Source: Podarcis bocagei (lineage: Eukaryota). From it: DNA of 64,000 nt. Of this stretch, positions 25,807 through 39,011 are shown piece after piece (position 1 is the first letter of the stretch; each line of letters begins with the position of its first letter). The notes under the pieces were generated by a model. It made no database searches and was not told the DNA's origin. It worked only from the letters and a program-made list of their open reading frames with translations. The DNA lies in NCBI GenBank assembly GCA_964188305.1, contig OZ076889.1, one strand, 5' to 3'. The position numbers and the translations under genes are program-made.

Positions 25807-26431
25807 CTTGGGACATTCCTACTGTAGCCCTGTGAATATGGCCTCCTGTAGTTTCTCCACAGGGAAGCACTCTTTGCTGCAGAGAGTGAAGATAATGACT
25901 TGATACTGTAAGCGAAAGAGAGAGAAAATTGAGTAAAGGACATAGAACTTTGAGGAGAAAGGAAAGGACAAAAAGCCATCATGAGAGAGAAACTCCAAGT
26001 TGGGACAGGGAAGGTGATAGCATCTACTTTATAACTTGCCTACTTCCATTCCCCAAGCTGCAGTAGCCCAACACCTAGTAAGACAGAGAGAGAAGGACTA
26101 GGGATGCTTGAGGAATTTCATCTTTGTGAATTCTGGAATGTATTGATCTGCAACTCCCTGGCTAATGTGAGAATAGAAAAGCAGCTATTTTTCGGCCTCC
26201 TCATTTCCTGAATGGTGCAACACAGTTCTCAGGCCAAACAGCATATCAAAACTGAAATGTGTGTTTAGAAATGCACATTAAAATGTCAATTTTGATGTGA
26301 TTTGTTTGTTTGTTTGTTTGTTTGTTTAATCAATCCAGGATGGAATAGATTTACGAGTGAAAGTGTCATGATCTGTGTTCAGATATTCACCTTAACCTCT
26401 GAAGAGGCAATACTAATGGACAATGCAAGTA

Positions 26432-27999
26432 CAGTGGTGCCTCGCAAGACGAAATTAATTTGTTCCGCAAGTCTCTTCGTCTTGCGGTTTTTTCGTCTTG
26501 CGATGCACGGTTTCCCATAGGAATGCATTGAAAATCAATTAATGCGTTCCTAGGGAAACCGCCTTCAGACCAGGTCCGGGGACAGTCTGTCCCCCGACCT
26601 CTTCTGAAGGCTGGGGGGGGGGGACAAGGGCTTTTCTTCCCACCCCCAGCATTTTAAAAAACCCTGGGACAGTGGAGGACTTCTCCGCTGTCCGGGCGAT
26701 CTTAAAATGCTGGCGGGCGGCATTTTAAAATCGCCCCGGGACAGCGGAGGACTTCTCCGCTGTCCGGGGCAATTTAAAAGCCCCTGGGAAGGCAGGCAGG
26801 GGGGACAAAGACTTTCGCCCCCCGCCCGCCTTCAGAAGGTGTTCCCGCCCCCCCGCCCGGCTTCGCAGCAGCGCTACGAAGCCCGGCGGCTGGGGCAGGT
26901 GTTCCCCCCCCCGCCCGGCTTCGCAGCAGCGCTACGAAGCCCGGCGGCTGGGGCAGGTGTTCCCCCCCCCGCCCGGCTTCGCAGCAGCGCTACGAAGCCC
27001 GGCGGCTGGGGCAGGTGTTCCCCCCCGCCCGGCTTCGCAGCAGCGCTACGAAGCCAGGCGGCTGGGGCAGGTGTTCCCCCCCCGCCCGGCTTCGCAGCAG
27101 CGCTACGAAGCCCGGCGGCTGGGGCAGGTGTTCCCCCCCCCCGCCCGGCTTCGCAGCAGCGCTACGAAGCCCGGCGGCTGGGGCAGGTGTTCCCCCCCGC
27201 CCGGCTTCGCAGCAGCGCTACGAAGCCCGGCGGCTGGGGCAGGTGTTCCCCCCCCGCCCGGCTTCGCAGCAGCGCTACGAAGCCCGGCGGCTGGGGCAGG
27301 TGTTCCCCCCCGCCCGGCTTCGCAGCAGCGCTACGAAGCCAGGCGGCTGGGGCAGGTGTCCCCCCCCGCCCGGCTTCGCAGCAGCGCTACGAAGCCCGGC
27401 GGCTGGGGCAGGTGTCCCCCCCCTGCCCGGCTTCGCAGCAGCGCTACGAAGCCCGGCGGCTGGGGCAGGTGTCCCCCCCCGCTGGCTTCGCAGCAGCGCT
27501 ACGAAGCCCGGCGGCTGGGGCAGGTGTCCCGGGGAGATTTTAAAATGCTGGGGGTCGGGAGCGAAGCGTTCGCTGCCGACCCCCAGCATTTTAAAATCTC
27601 CCCCTGTCCCGGGGAGATTTTAAAATGCTGGGGGTCGGGAGCGTTCGCTGCCGACCACCAGCGGGACACGGGGAGATTTTAAAATGCTGGGGGTCGGCAG
27701 CGAACGCTTCGCTCCCGCCCGCCAGCATTTTAAGATCGCCCGGGGCAGGCGGGGGGAAGGCAGGCGGGGGGGGGAGCAAAGACTTTTGCCCTCCGCCGGC
27801 CTTCAGAAGAGGTCCTCTTCTGAAGGCCGGCTGTGGGCGAAAGTCTTTCCTCCCGCCCGCCAGCATTTCCCTATGGGCTTTCGTCTTGCGATGCAAGTCC
27901 ATAGGGAAATTCGTCTTGCGAAGCGCCTCCAAAACAGAAAACCCTTTCGTCTTGCGGGTTTTCCGTCTTGCGAGGCATTCGTCTTGCGGGGTACCACTG
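26432..27999. mobile_element. Tigger-like non-autonomous element carrying a minisatellite
   Basis: TA TSDs; CAGTGGTGCCTCGCAAGACG / CGTCTTGCGGGGTACCACTG TIRs; repeated CGTCTTGCG subterminal motifs. Confidence 0.88.
26837..27530. repeat. GC/CpG-rich ~57-bp minisatellite, 12 units
   Basis: Unit CAGGTGTT(C)nGCCCGGCTTCGCAGCAGCGCTACGAAGCCCGGCGGCTGGGG; units vary mostly in C-run length. Confidence 0.95.
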
Positions 28000-28037
28000 T
28001 ATATTATTTAGCTTTCTCTAGGAAGGTATGGGGATTG

Positions 28038-28821
28038 TGTTATGATATGTAGGGTAGGTAGCATTGATGTTTAGTGAGGAAAGGTTGAATCTCAATTCAT
28101 GATCCTAAGACCTGAAGGCCCAGGTCTGCAAGCTTTCTTGTAAACATGACCTCATTGAAGAAAATAAGATCTCTCAGAAGATTTTGAGCAAGGAGGTTTA
28201 GACTCTAAAGGGCGAAAGGTCAAGAGCTCCCCTAGATATTTTCCATCAGGAGCAACCACGAAAACTGCTTCCAATTTCACTTTAGGAAAGCTTTCTGCAG
28301 CAACCCAAGATAAGCCATTAAAGTGGAGCTGGTACCTCCGGTTTGGATTTCTTAGTACAGAAAGTATTGATCTGATGTGCAGAGATCTTTCCTATTCAAA
28401 TTAATTCAAGAGGGTTCTGGAAGCTTCTCTATGTGAAAGAAACAAGCAGAAGGTTCATGATGTTTAGGTTATTCCTTCAGAGAAGCTGAGTACAGCTGGC
28501 TTAAACTGGTTCTCTTATCTCTTCTGTCCAGGTCATGCTAACTATAAAAGTAGGGCCAGAAGGAGCCTGGGTTTCACTTTTCTTTCTATCTCTTTTCCTT
28601 CTGGAGTGGTGTTCTGCACATAGTATGCTCAGTGTTAAGGTTTAGACTTATTATAAATTATTGTAAATTTAAGTCTGCTGCAACTGGATTTCTTAAGGAC
28701 AGTGCCAATCCTGAATGTATTAGATTTGTGACCATTATGCTCATTTGCCTTCAGAAGCAGTAAAGCTCTGCTGGATGAAATATAATTGCTTCTGGTCTAT
28801 TTTGGGGGGAATCCTGCAACG
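28038..28821 (+). mobile_element. LTR-like element (probable solo LTR)
   Basis: TATAAAA near 28543, AGTAAA near 28759; 28341-28474 is homologous to 63868-64000; termini and TSD unclear. Confidence 0.5.
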
Positions 28822-30370
28822 TGTTTAAGTTTTTACTCTGCTAACTACGCACTGGAGTTCTGCTCTGGATCAATATAGAGAGGAATTCCATGACAAGCAC
28901 AAGTACCAATTGACAGGGCAAGTTCTCAGATTTAGTAAAAAAAATCTTTCTGTGCATGGAAGACACAAGATCAAGATCAGGTAGGGCAATTCTAATGGGA
29001 CAAACTGCCCAATTGAAAGCTCTGTTGGTCTCACACTGACTATGGTGAAAGGTGAGGCAGGTACATGGAGTGAAAATAAGGGCTGATGTGGTTTGCCTGC
29101 CTGGTTTTTTTGGGGGGGGCATGTCAGAGGACCAGAATCCATCCCAACACATCCCCTTTCCTCCCTACCACTGCCAGAGCACCTAAACAACCACAAGAAG
29201 AAGGCACCTGAGATTAGAATTGCTTCTCCATCCATGAACAGTTCCACAATGTTCTATGGCCTTGGAATGTCCTCCCATAAACCCCATAGCATTATGCGCC
29301 AAGTCAATAACAGTTTTGCCAATGACTATAACTGCCCCCTTTACATATTTATGCACCTACATATTCTGTTGCCTTTTTGGCACTTAACTTCTCCCCTATC
29401 TAACGTAACAATGATCAATTATAAATGGTTTAACTACTGTACACTCGGCATAGAGGGGTGAACAAGTGGTAATTAACTTCCACGTATTTTCTTAATAATA
29501 GGCTCATTTGTCAATAAAGACACTAGGATGTTAACAGCAGAAAGTTATTAGCAAAAATTCGCTGCTGAAATTCTGCTCACCCTGCTGAAAAGCTGGCATC
29601 AACATTTTTGTGTGTCGATGCAGATTTCCACACCCGCACGACTCAGTGATTGATTTGTGCTAAGTGAGAGGTTTAAGAGACATCTTTGTTTGAGAAGTGA
29701 TTTACAACTTGGTAGAATAGCAGATCCACATGGGATTCCCCAGTGTGATAAATCCACAAGAGTTTCCACATTTTAGACATGATCTATTGGTTAGATGCAG
29801 ATCTAGAACACTCAAATCTCCAAATCCATCACCAGGAAAGTAATGCAGGAGATGTCTGCATACCTTAAAACGGCAATGTTAAAGAAACTTTTTACCTCCA
29901 GGGAACACTTTTCACATAAACCCATCTAGTCAGGAACTTCTGAGATTTTTCTGGGACATAGTTACCGGTGTCCTCTCAGTTCAGCTGGATCACTCAGAGG
30001 GATGAGCTGATCATGGTTGCATTTGTTGTATGACAGAGATGTATAAAATTACAGATGGTGTATACAATTATGTATGCTAAGTATGGAGAATGTGGACCGA
30101 GAGAAGCTTTTCTCCCTCATGATACCGGAAACCAGAGTCACTCTCTGAAGTTGAATGGTGATCGGTCAAAGAAATATAAAAAGAAGGTAATTCTCTACAC
30201 AGTGGACAGTTAAACCATAGAATTATGAGGCTACTAGCCATGATGGCTGAAATAATTCCAGTATCCAAGGAGTATGCCTCTGAATATCAGTTACCAGAAT
30301 GCTGCATCTGGTAGGCCTTTCACCTCATCCAGCAGGGCTCTTCTATAATGCAGATTAGTCTCAAAGCAGT

Positions 30371-30618
30371 AGAAGAGGAGGAGTTTGGATGTGATATCCC
30401 GCTTTATCACTACCCAAAGGAGTCTCAAAACGGCTAACATTCTCCTTTCCCTTCCTCCCCCACAACAAACACTCTGTGAGGTGACTGGGGCTGAGAGACT
30501 TCAGAGAAGTGTGACTAGCCCAAGGTCACCCACCAGCTGCATGTGGAGGAGCAGAGACGTGAACCCGGTTCCCCAGATTACAAGACTACCACTCTTAACC
30601 ACTACACCACACCGGCTC
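30371..30618 (-). mobile_element. tRNA-derived MIR-like SINE (same family as 3516-3769)
   Basis: High similarity over the full length. Confidence 0.8.
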
Positions 30619-31155
30619 AAAGGAACAGGGTGTGTCACAAAAACAATGTAGAGGTGGCAAGGCAACCCAGGTTGTGGTGAGGAGGCACCTTGCCCAAGGA
30701 CTCTCCAAAATATGGAGTCACTAGTTACCGTTGGAGGAGCATTTCACTTGGCCCACATTTTTAAGCTGACCCAATTCATGTGGATCGGAATGTAATTATC
30801 ATTGGCGTCTGCCTGGGCATCACCCGCAGTCAATCCCCAGCCAAGCAGCAAGGCATTGCCTCTCCAGCAGGGCCTTGGATTAGCCCATTTTCTATTGACT
30901 TTCTGGTGGGGAATCCCGCTCGGTATTTCTTCCGGCCAGGGAATTCCCATAACGGCCAGCCAACATGTGGACTTCTGCTGCTGAGGATGGTGGATGAGAC
31001 GAAAGTCCACAACTGCCACCCACCTGAGAAGGGTGAGAAGCCTTTATCCTTCAGAATACACCCCTTTGTAAGTTTTGCGATACTGTTCTTGAGTCAAGTA
31101 ACATACCAGTGAGTTAAAAATGTATGTTAAAGGGAAATAATTTTTAGAACGTCTC

Positions 31156-31575
31156 CTAACCGAATATTAAAAACATGATAAAACACCAAACATCACAAAC
31201 TTCCCTAAACAGGGCTGCCTTCAGATATCTTCTAGAAGTCAGATAGTTGTTTATTTCCTCGACATCTGATGGGAGGACATTCCACAGGGTGGGCACCACT
31301 ACTGAGAAGGCCCTCTGCCTGGTTCCCTGTAATCTCACTTCTCACAGTGAGGGAACCACCAGAAGGCCCTTGGAGCTGGACCTCAGTGTCTGGGCTGAAT
31401 GATGGAGGTGGAGACGCTCCTTCAGGTATGCTGGGCTAAGGCTGTTTAGGGCTTTAAAGGTCCGCACCAACATTTTGAATTGTGCTGGGAAACGTACTGG
31501 GAACCAATGAAGGTCTTTCAGGACCAGCATTATATGGTATCGGCGGCCACTCTCAGTCACCAGTCTAGCTGCTGC
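31156..31575 (-). mobile_element. L2-clade LINE 3' fragment
   Basis: LKDLHWFPVRFPAQFKMLVRTFKALN; RAFSVVVPTLWNVLP. Confidence 0.88.
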
Positions 31576-31782
31576 TACATATTTTAAAATGAATGTGTGT
31601 GTGTGTGTGTGTCATAGAAAAGTTGTGGAAATGGGTGGAACAGACTTATGAGTGGGCATAGATGAAATTGGCATGGAGCAAAAATGGAGCAGAAATATGT
31701 CCAGTCTTACCAACACCGCAGTTGACACACAGAGTTAGCGCTGACAGCCCATAAACTAAATTAGCTCTCTTAAGCACAAGTA

Positions 31783-32005
31783 CAATGGTACCTCGGGTTA
31801 CAGATGCTTCAGGTTACAGACTCCGCTAACCCAGAAATAGTACCTCAGGTTAAGAACTTTGGTTCAGGATGAGAACAGAAATCGCATGGCTGCGGCGCAG
31901 TGGCAGTGGGAGGCCACATTAGCTAAAGTGGTACCTCAGGTTAAGAATGGTTTCAGGTTAAGAACGGACCTCCAGAACAATAGCTCTTAACCCGAGGTAC
32001 CACTG
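31783..32005. mobile_element. Tigger-like MITE
   Basis: TA TSDs; CA(A/G)TGGTACCTCGGGTTA TIR. Confidence 0.88.
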
Positions 32006-33202
32006 TACTGTCCTTTTTTGGTAGCGGAGTGTGGACAAAATAGTCTCACTGGACTAGAATATATATTGAGATCTCCCAAAGATCGGGGGCTCTTTTGCTT
32101 AGCACACTAAAATCTTTTAAAAAGCTCACAGCATTTTGAAGATAATGAAATAAGTGTTTTCATACAGATGAGACAACAAGGGGAAGGGGCCATAAACCCA
32201 TTTTTACACCCCTTTGCAGTGGAAGGGGAGCTGAGAAAATATACTTCAGCTATAAGCAATTTATATTATGCAAGCTCAGGAGAGGATTCATCTGATTAAT
32301 AAAGAACACACAGAGTACACTAAAGAAGCAGAAAGACTCCGGATGTTCCACTAGTTATATAAGGATTAAGGATAACTAACAGAGTGTGAGTCTCCCTGAA
32401 GCTATATTAATCTTCTGCTGGCAACCAGTAAATAAATTTGCTTTTCCTGCACCAGTATTTACTCAGAGGCTTTGCAGGCTGTACGGCGCACATGACGGTT
32501 TGTATAAATGAGAGCAGAAATTGACCCCTTTTGTTCGCCTTACAAAGAAAATTGGCTGGAGCTGATCCATTGCTGGCTATAGTAAATAAAGCACCATAGG
32601 TCCTAGAGTCATATATTGAAGCTCCCGATGTGTCAGACTTTCTTTGCAGCATGTGCTGGTCTGCGCACCAGCCAATGTTTCTATTCTGGGATGTATTTTT
32701 TCCTTGTAACATTGATATTCCATGCTTCCTCCAAGATGTTCAGAGCGATGCACAGAGAGGCTCTTTCCTTTTGTCCTAGCAACAACTGTGGGAGGAGGTT
32801 AGGTTGAAGAAGTGGTCCAAGGTCACCGAGTGAGCTCCATAGCCCAGCATGGATTTAAAACCAGGTCTCTCTTGTCCCAGCTCCAACACTATTCACTGCA
32901 TCATACTGGCTCATCGCTCCACCAAAGCCCTGCACATTCTGTAGAGCTGCTACCAAATCTATTTGCTCTCAAATTTGGAGGTCATGTTTGGGTGAGCCCA
33001 TCAAGGAACTTCAAGAGAAGAAAGAAGCAATAAAGCTCAGCAGATTTTCTCAGTGCGGGCCACACAGTTGCTACCAGATTTAATCGAACACGAAATGTTG
33101 AGCAGAGGGACAAAGCTCCTTCTGGGGGGAAAAACAGCCAAGGAATTTTTTGGAAAGCAAAAATAATAGAAACTTCCGGGGAAGGTCTGTAGTGCAATAG
33201 TA

Positions 33203-33557
33203 GGTAAAGGTAAAGGGACCCCTGACCGTTAGGTCCAGTTGCAGACAACTCTGGGGTTACGGCACTCATCTCGCTTTACTGGCCGAGGGAGACGGCGTAC
33301 GGCTTCCGAGTCATGTGGCCAGCATGACTAAGCCGCTTCTGGCGAACCAGAGCAGCGCACAGAAACACTGTTTACCTTCCTGCTGGAGCGGTACCTATTT
33401 ATCTACCTGCACTTTGATGTGCTTTTGAACTGCTAGGTTGGCAGGAGCTTGAACCAAGCAATGGGAGCTCACCCTGTCATGGGGATTCGAACCGCCGACC
33501 TTCTGATCGGCAAGCCCTAGGCTCTGTGGTTTAGACCACAGCACCACCCGTGTCCCT
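33203..33557 (-). mobile_element. Sauria SINE inserted in the head of a tRNA/CR1-tail SINE (about 33177-33742, plus strand)
   Basis: Full Sauria body; flanks rejoin as GGGGAAGG.CTGTAG..CAGTGGTAG...GGGTTCAATCCC...AGTATAAGG; 18-bp duplication at the SINE 5' end. Confidence 0.85.
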
Positions 33558-34460
33558 GGCACCACCCACATCCCTGCAGTGGTAGAACATATAATTGCAT
33601 GCAGAAGGCTATGGGTTCAATCCCTGTGATCTCCAGGTACAGCTGCCTGAAACCCCAAGGATCTGTGGCTGGTCAGTGTAAACAGTATTGAGGTAGATGA
33701 ACCAGTGGTCAGACTCAGTATAAGGAAGCCTTTTGTCTTCCTTTCTTGCAATAACACTAGGGAACTTTTTCACCTCCCTTCTTCACATCCCCTTTGCTTC
33801 CCTGCTCTACTGTAAGAAGTGCCCATTTATTCCTACTCTCTGCTTCTGGTTCTTTGGAGTTATTGATCCATGAAAAGTGACATCATTTTATCCCACACCT
33901 GCTGCATTTATTCAGCAGCTTTGGTCGAAAAGTTTCATCGAAACATTTTTGCAAGTCAAAAGCATCATGTCGACTGCGGAACACCCACCCACCTGTTGGC
34001 TAACTTTCCCTCTCTCAGTCCAGCTACCCATTTTTCATTGGTTATACCTTTTCCAATATTGAACAGAGATTTGCAATCGTACCCACTTCCCACTTGTGTG
34101 TTCTGCTTACCCATGAGCAGATTATGAAAGCAGGACTAAAATGTGCAGTTACTGAGTGTAGAGGACATGCTTGTGTGGCCCAGATCAGGGAAACAATTGC
34201 AACTTGTTTTCTAAGAGGAACTAAAGTAGCCTCTCATTGATTTATGCTCAGAGCATTCAGTCTAATGCACATTCACTGTTCTTTTTATAAATGCAGGGGT
34301 AATGACATAATAAGTAGAAAACCATCAGTCATCAATATCATTAGCCACTTTACCACGCTAATGTTCAAGTTATTTTTAACTTTAAGAGTTGTTTTTGATA
34401 TTGTGAAAAATTGCATGTAAGATGAATGATATGCACCTCTCACTCTTGAGGACTTTCACA

Positions 34461-34815
34461 CAGTGGCGGAGCAAGCCGATTGGCCACCTGGGGCGGCGTG
34501 TGAGCCCTGTGCCCAAGGGTGGGGCCAGCAGCCCATGGGGGCCGGGCCAGCCGCCTGCAGGGGAGGGGCCAGTCACCCACGGGGCAGGGTGAGCCAGGGC
34601 AGGACGTTCCGCGGGGCCTCTGATGAGTCTGCCTGCCTCATCCCTCTCAGCTACCCTACAGCTGAGGGTGAGGGGGAGGGTGGACTGTTTGGGGCAGCGT
34701 GGAGCCTGCAGGTGCCCAAGCCACTCCCAGGAGAGACACATGGCTTGGGCACAATTTTGTCACCCCCCTCAGTGGTGACACCTGGGGTGGACTGCCCCCC
34801 CTTCCTCCACCCCTG
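34461..34815. mobile_element. hAT (Tip100-like) MITE
   Basis: CAGTGGCGGAG / CTCCACCCCTG TIRs; TSD CTTTCAC(A/T). Confidence 0.75.
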
Positions 34816-35420
34816 CTTTCACTAAACCTTATGGAAATATACTCTTCCTTCTCTTGAAATTTCATCTCAATGATGTCGTCTAAATTCCCTTCTAATCTCA
34901 CTTTAGGCCAGGGATGGGGGGTGGGGTGGGATCCTGTGGCCCTCAAGGTGTTGCTGGAACCGACACGTCAATGAGTATTCACTCTCTAACAGTTCAAACG
35001 TGCATGAATTTGAAGGCTTGCAAAGGAAAGAGCCACGGGAGCTGCCATGACTAGCAGGAATAGGAGGAGTTCGGGGGAGGGGGACAAGTGTGCCTGATCT
35101 CTCAAAGAAGCTGGTAGAATGGCTGCTGCTACCTAAAAGCTGAGAGGGAAGTGTCACAACAGAGCAGCTCCAAATTAAAGTTTCTGAACATTTCACTCCA
35201 TTCTGTGAAGTGCTCTTTAGCCAGACATTTGATAGTTCTTTTATCTTTGTGTTCTTCTGGGCATCTTAAATGCTTTGGTTTTTTTGGGAGGCCAGTTCTC
35301 CTTTAAGGCAACTCATAGCCTTCTTGTATTTTTTAGTCGGGTAGGTGAGCTGAAAAATGACGCAAATATATTTCACATCTGGCAACCAATGTGCCCCTTT
35401 GGTTTCAGATTATACATGGG

Positions 35421-35751
35421 TAAAGGTAAAGGTAAAGGCTGACTCTGGGGTTGTGGCACTCATCTCGCTTTATTGGCTGAGGGAACCAGCGTATAGCTTC
35501 CAGGTCATGTGGCCAGCATGACTAAGCCGCTTCTGGCGAACCAGAGCAGTGCACGGAAATGCCGTTTACCTTCCCACAGGAGCAATACCTATTTATCTAC
35601 TTGCACCTTGATGTGCTTTCGAACTGCTAGGTTGGCAGGAGCAGGGACCGAGCAACGGGAGCTCACCCCATTGCAGGGATTCAAACCGCCGACCTTCTGA
35701 TCAGCAAGTCCTAGGCTCTGTGGTTTAACCCACAGCACCACCCATGTCCCT
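35421..35751 (-). mobile_element. Sauria SINE
   Basis: Typical body; TSD T(A/G)TACATGGGT; small deletion near the 3' end. Confidence 0.9.
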
Positions 35752-37882
35752 ATGTACATGGGTAGGTGAGTCTAAAAAGCCAGGGACACAAATTTTCACA
35801 GCCCTTGAGTGGCTCTGGTGGCTCATTTACCAGAAGTGATGTATTTAGCGTTAACTCTGGAAGTGTATAAATTCTGATCAAACTAAGCCTTCTAGAGAAA
35901 CATATACAGCAGGAGGCTTACTCTGGTCAGAATCGAGCTGTGCTCACTCTTCAGTCACAACTCTAGCTTCACTCATTGGCTAAAAACAGCAGTGAGGCTG
36001 CTTCATTTCACAGATATTGCCTGAAAGGGTGCCTGCACATTTTGCTTCCTAACTTTCCTTTGGAGGGCTATAGACTTAAAAAGAAAACTCATAGAGCAGG
36101 CCCCCTGCTGGCAGGGGCTGTGATGCAATTGCTTGAAAAGTTTAAATGACCTCTCCCCCAGGCTGGTTTTGATCTCCGATTTACCTTTCCTGTTCAGAAT
36201 TGGCTGCTGAGCTACCTCTATATGAATTTTCATGTGACGTGTTCTTTGGGCCCCAGAGGCACAAACAGAGACTGCCTCTACACCTGCTGAAAGACAAACT
36301 GTTACACAGATTGAAGTTGGATAATTCTGCCCTCTGCCGCTGCCAATTGCAAGCCAGGAGTTCTGGTTTGTAGTGCTCCCTTTAATAAAGAAATCTCCTG
36401 TATGCAGACAACTAGCACATCAGAAACAAAGGTTTCATAGCCTGTGCTACTTTACAGCATGAAGATCACGAGCCGGAGAGAGCTGTTGACTGGCCCTTGT
36501 GAGAACTGAATGCTGAATGGGCCCTGCATCTGATCCAGCAGGACTTTCCTTTATGTTCTATTTTACAATATTTATTTTCTTTTGGTTAAAGCATGCAACA
36601 CAACACAATATCGTGTTACCTGCCCAGCTCCACCAACAGCCTGATGTGGAACAGTCCAGAATGTTACCACTTCATTCTTTTCAATTTGTGAAATTGCGCA
36701 AAGATTTTGGAATGAGGCTACCTGAGAAGACAGTCAAATAGAATGATTAGAACTGAAACGATCTGTCTGTTAGCCCTTGCTTGAAGGCCAGCTGGGAACT
36801 ATAGCATTATGTTGATGTATTTATCCTTGTTTTTCACCCTGATCTCTTGAAAGTTAAATAAGTAAAGAGTAAAGGGGTGGGGGGCGAGAGAGAATATCTG
36901 GCACCTCCGATTAAACACTCTTCTCCTCCACTGCATTAAATGCTCTGATTGCTCTTCTTGTATAATGAGTAACAAGGAATGAAGCTAAATCTCAAATGAC
37001 TGCTTAGCAGCCTGCCACCTTGATCACCCTGCTCAAAAATTACTAGTCCGAATCTGATGTAGCCTAAGCACTGGACGTTCTGTTTGATTTTGCAATGCTC
37101 AAAGAAGTGAAATGAATTCATCCCAAGGGCAAACTACTGGAGCTTGTTTACAAACTTGATTGTCTGTCTTTGGGTAGGCATCCAATTGCAGTGAAGTCAT
37201 TTTCCCCAGCTCCTGTTAACTTGTTAAATTGCCTGTTAGATTCATCAATTTCCCTTGTGCCATCACACAGAATGAAAGGTCTTTTCCACTCCGAAGAGCG
37301 TGCTTTAGAAACTTTTCTCAGTTTGAATTTTATGAAGCATTTATCTCCCACAGGAAAGAGCTAGAGTGGGATCCAATTTTTATAGATTTCAAAGCAAGTG
37401 CTGATTCATTTATCTTTCAGCGATATGGATGAGATTAAGAAAATCTGAGTCGGCCTTCATTAGGATGGGTTTGTCAAGAGATGTGGCTGGAAATTCCATT
37501 GGGAGGGGGGTGGCAGCAAAATTTGTGGATCTGAATCTGCCCATGTCAGAAACTGCCTGGACTAGACAAAAGGATCTGGCAGTGGTCCAAAAGTCTTCAC
37601 TATTATTGTAGTTTGCACTGTTCATGCTCAGAAGTCTCCTGTGTTGATGTCAATTTGCACCATGTTGCCGCAAATATTCACAGCAACAGGATAGCATGGT
37701 GTACAGCTTCATTAAAGATGGCAGAGATGCTGGCAATGTTAAGTTACCTTCTAGAACTGAGTGCCTCAAATCACAACTCGTTTTGGATGCTCGGTGGAAT
37801 CCGGACGAATAAAGCTGCTATGCCAACTATTTACAAAAATAATTCAAGCAGTTCGACCCAAGTCTAATTTCAAAGAAAAATC

Positions 37883-37885
<3 letters not shown>

Positions 37886-37929
<44 letters not shown>

Positions 37930-38238
37930 GCCTCACATGATGATTGCAGAGTCTGGGTAGATTCATAGAGACAGAGGTGGTCCTTGAGGTATTGTGGTCC
38001 TGAGGTGCTGAAGACTTTATAGGTCAGCACTTTGAATTGGGCCCAGAAACTAATTGGTATCCAGTGCAGTCAGGCCAGGATCAGCGTAATCTGACCACTG
38101 GCCACTGGATTCTGCGCTAGCTGAAGTTTCCGAACTGTCTTCAGAGGCAGCCCTGCATACAATGCATTGCAGTAATTTAACCACGAGGTTACCAGAGCAT
38201 AGACAACGGTAGTTAGGCTATCCCTGTCCAGATAGGGA
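37886..38238 (-). mobile_element. L2 fragment adjoining a (TG)n microsatellite
   Basis: LHW.P...WAQFKVLTYKVF...GPQYLKDHL remnants; (TG)n at 37886-37927. Confidence 0.7.
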
Positions 38239-38861
38239 TATTCAGTGCTCCACTTTCAATCTGGCACAGACCATGACGGGTATGTGGCTCTAGAAATGTG
38301 TGTGTCCCTTGGGTGGGAAAAGTCCTCCCCCTATTCTATATCACCCAGTGCTCTCCAAATCTTGATGCCAGTACTGAAGGCATGCCTGTACTTCCCTCAC
38401 CCATGACCCAGACACTACACCAAGTGTAAACTTGGGCTCTCTGCAGCTGACCTAAAAGACAATGCAAATAATAGCACACTACCCTCTAACAAACACTGCA
38501 GGCATTCCCATTATACTTGCTCTTGCGGTTCACATTTCAGCATCTTCCTCTCTGAAGCATTGTGACATGCTTTATCAAGACTGAAAGATAAAAGAACCAT
38601 AGAGTCGTAGCAGCATACATGAAAAAAGGGAGAAGTTTAGACAGATAATTATCATCAGTTCTGATTTACAGTTCACTAGTTCAAATGCTGCAGGACATTT
38701 ACCAAATCAGGGAGAGCAGTGGGAACGGATGGCTCTTTTTTATTTTTAATTCCCATCGGCTAATTTGTAATTTGACTGAACTAGACAGCTTCAACCTTTC
38801 AAGTACCATTAAAGTCAATAGGAGCCATCTGACAAATACTCTCCATAAGGCCTTCTAAAAG

Positions 38862-39011
38862 AGCGGGTGGCGCTGTGGTCTAAACCACTGAGCCTCTTGG
38901 ACTTGCCGATCAGAAGGTCGGCGGTTTGAATCCGCGTGATGGGGTGAGCTCCCGTTGCTCTCCCAGCTTCTGGCAATGTAGCAGTTTCAAAGCACACCAG
39001 TGCAAGTAGAT
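38862..39011 (+). mobile_element. Sauria SINE 5' half
   Basis: GCGGGTGGCGCTGTGGTCTAAACC...GCAAGTAGAT. Confidence 0.85.

Noticed and set aside
26837-27530. CRISPR-like array of palindromic repeats
   Set aside because: No unique spacers, no cas genes, vertebrate context.
26707-28052. Long Pro/Ala/Arg-rich ORFs in several frames
   Set aside because: By-product of a GC-rich minisatellite with few stop codons inside a MITE; the translations are repetitive and change frame with C-run length.
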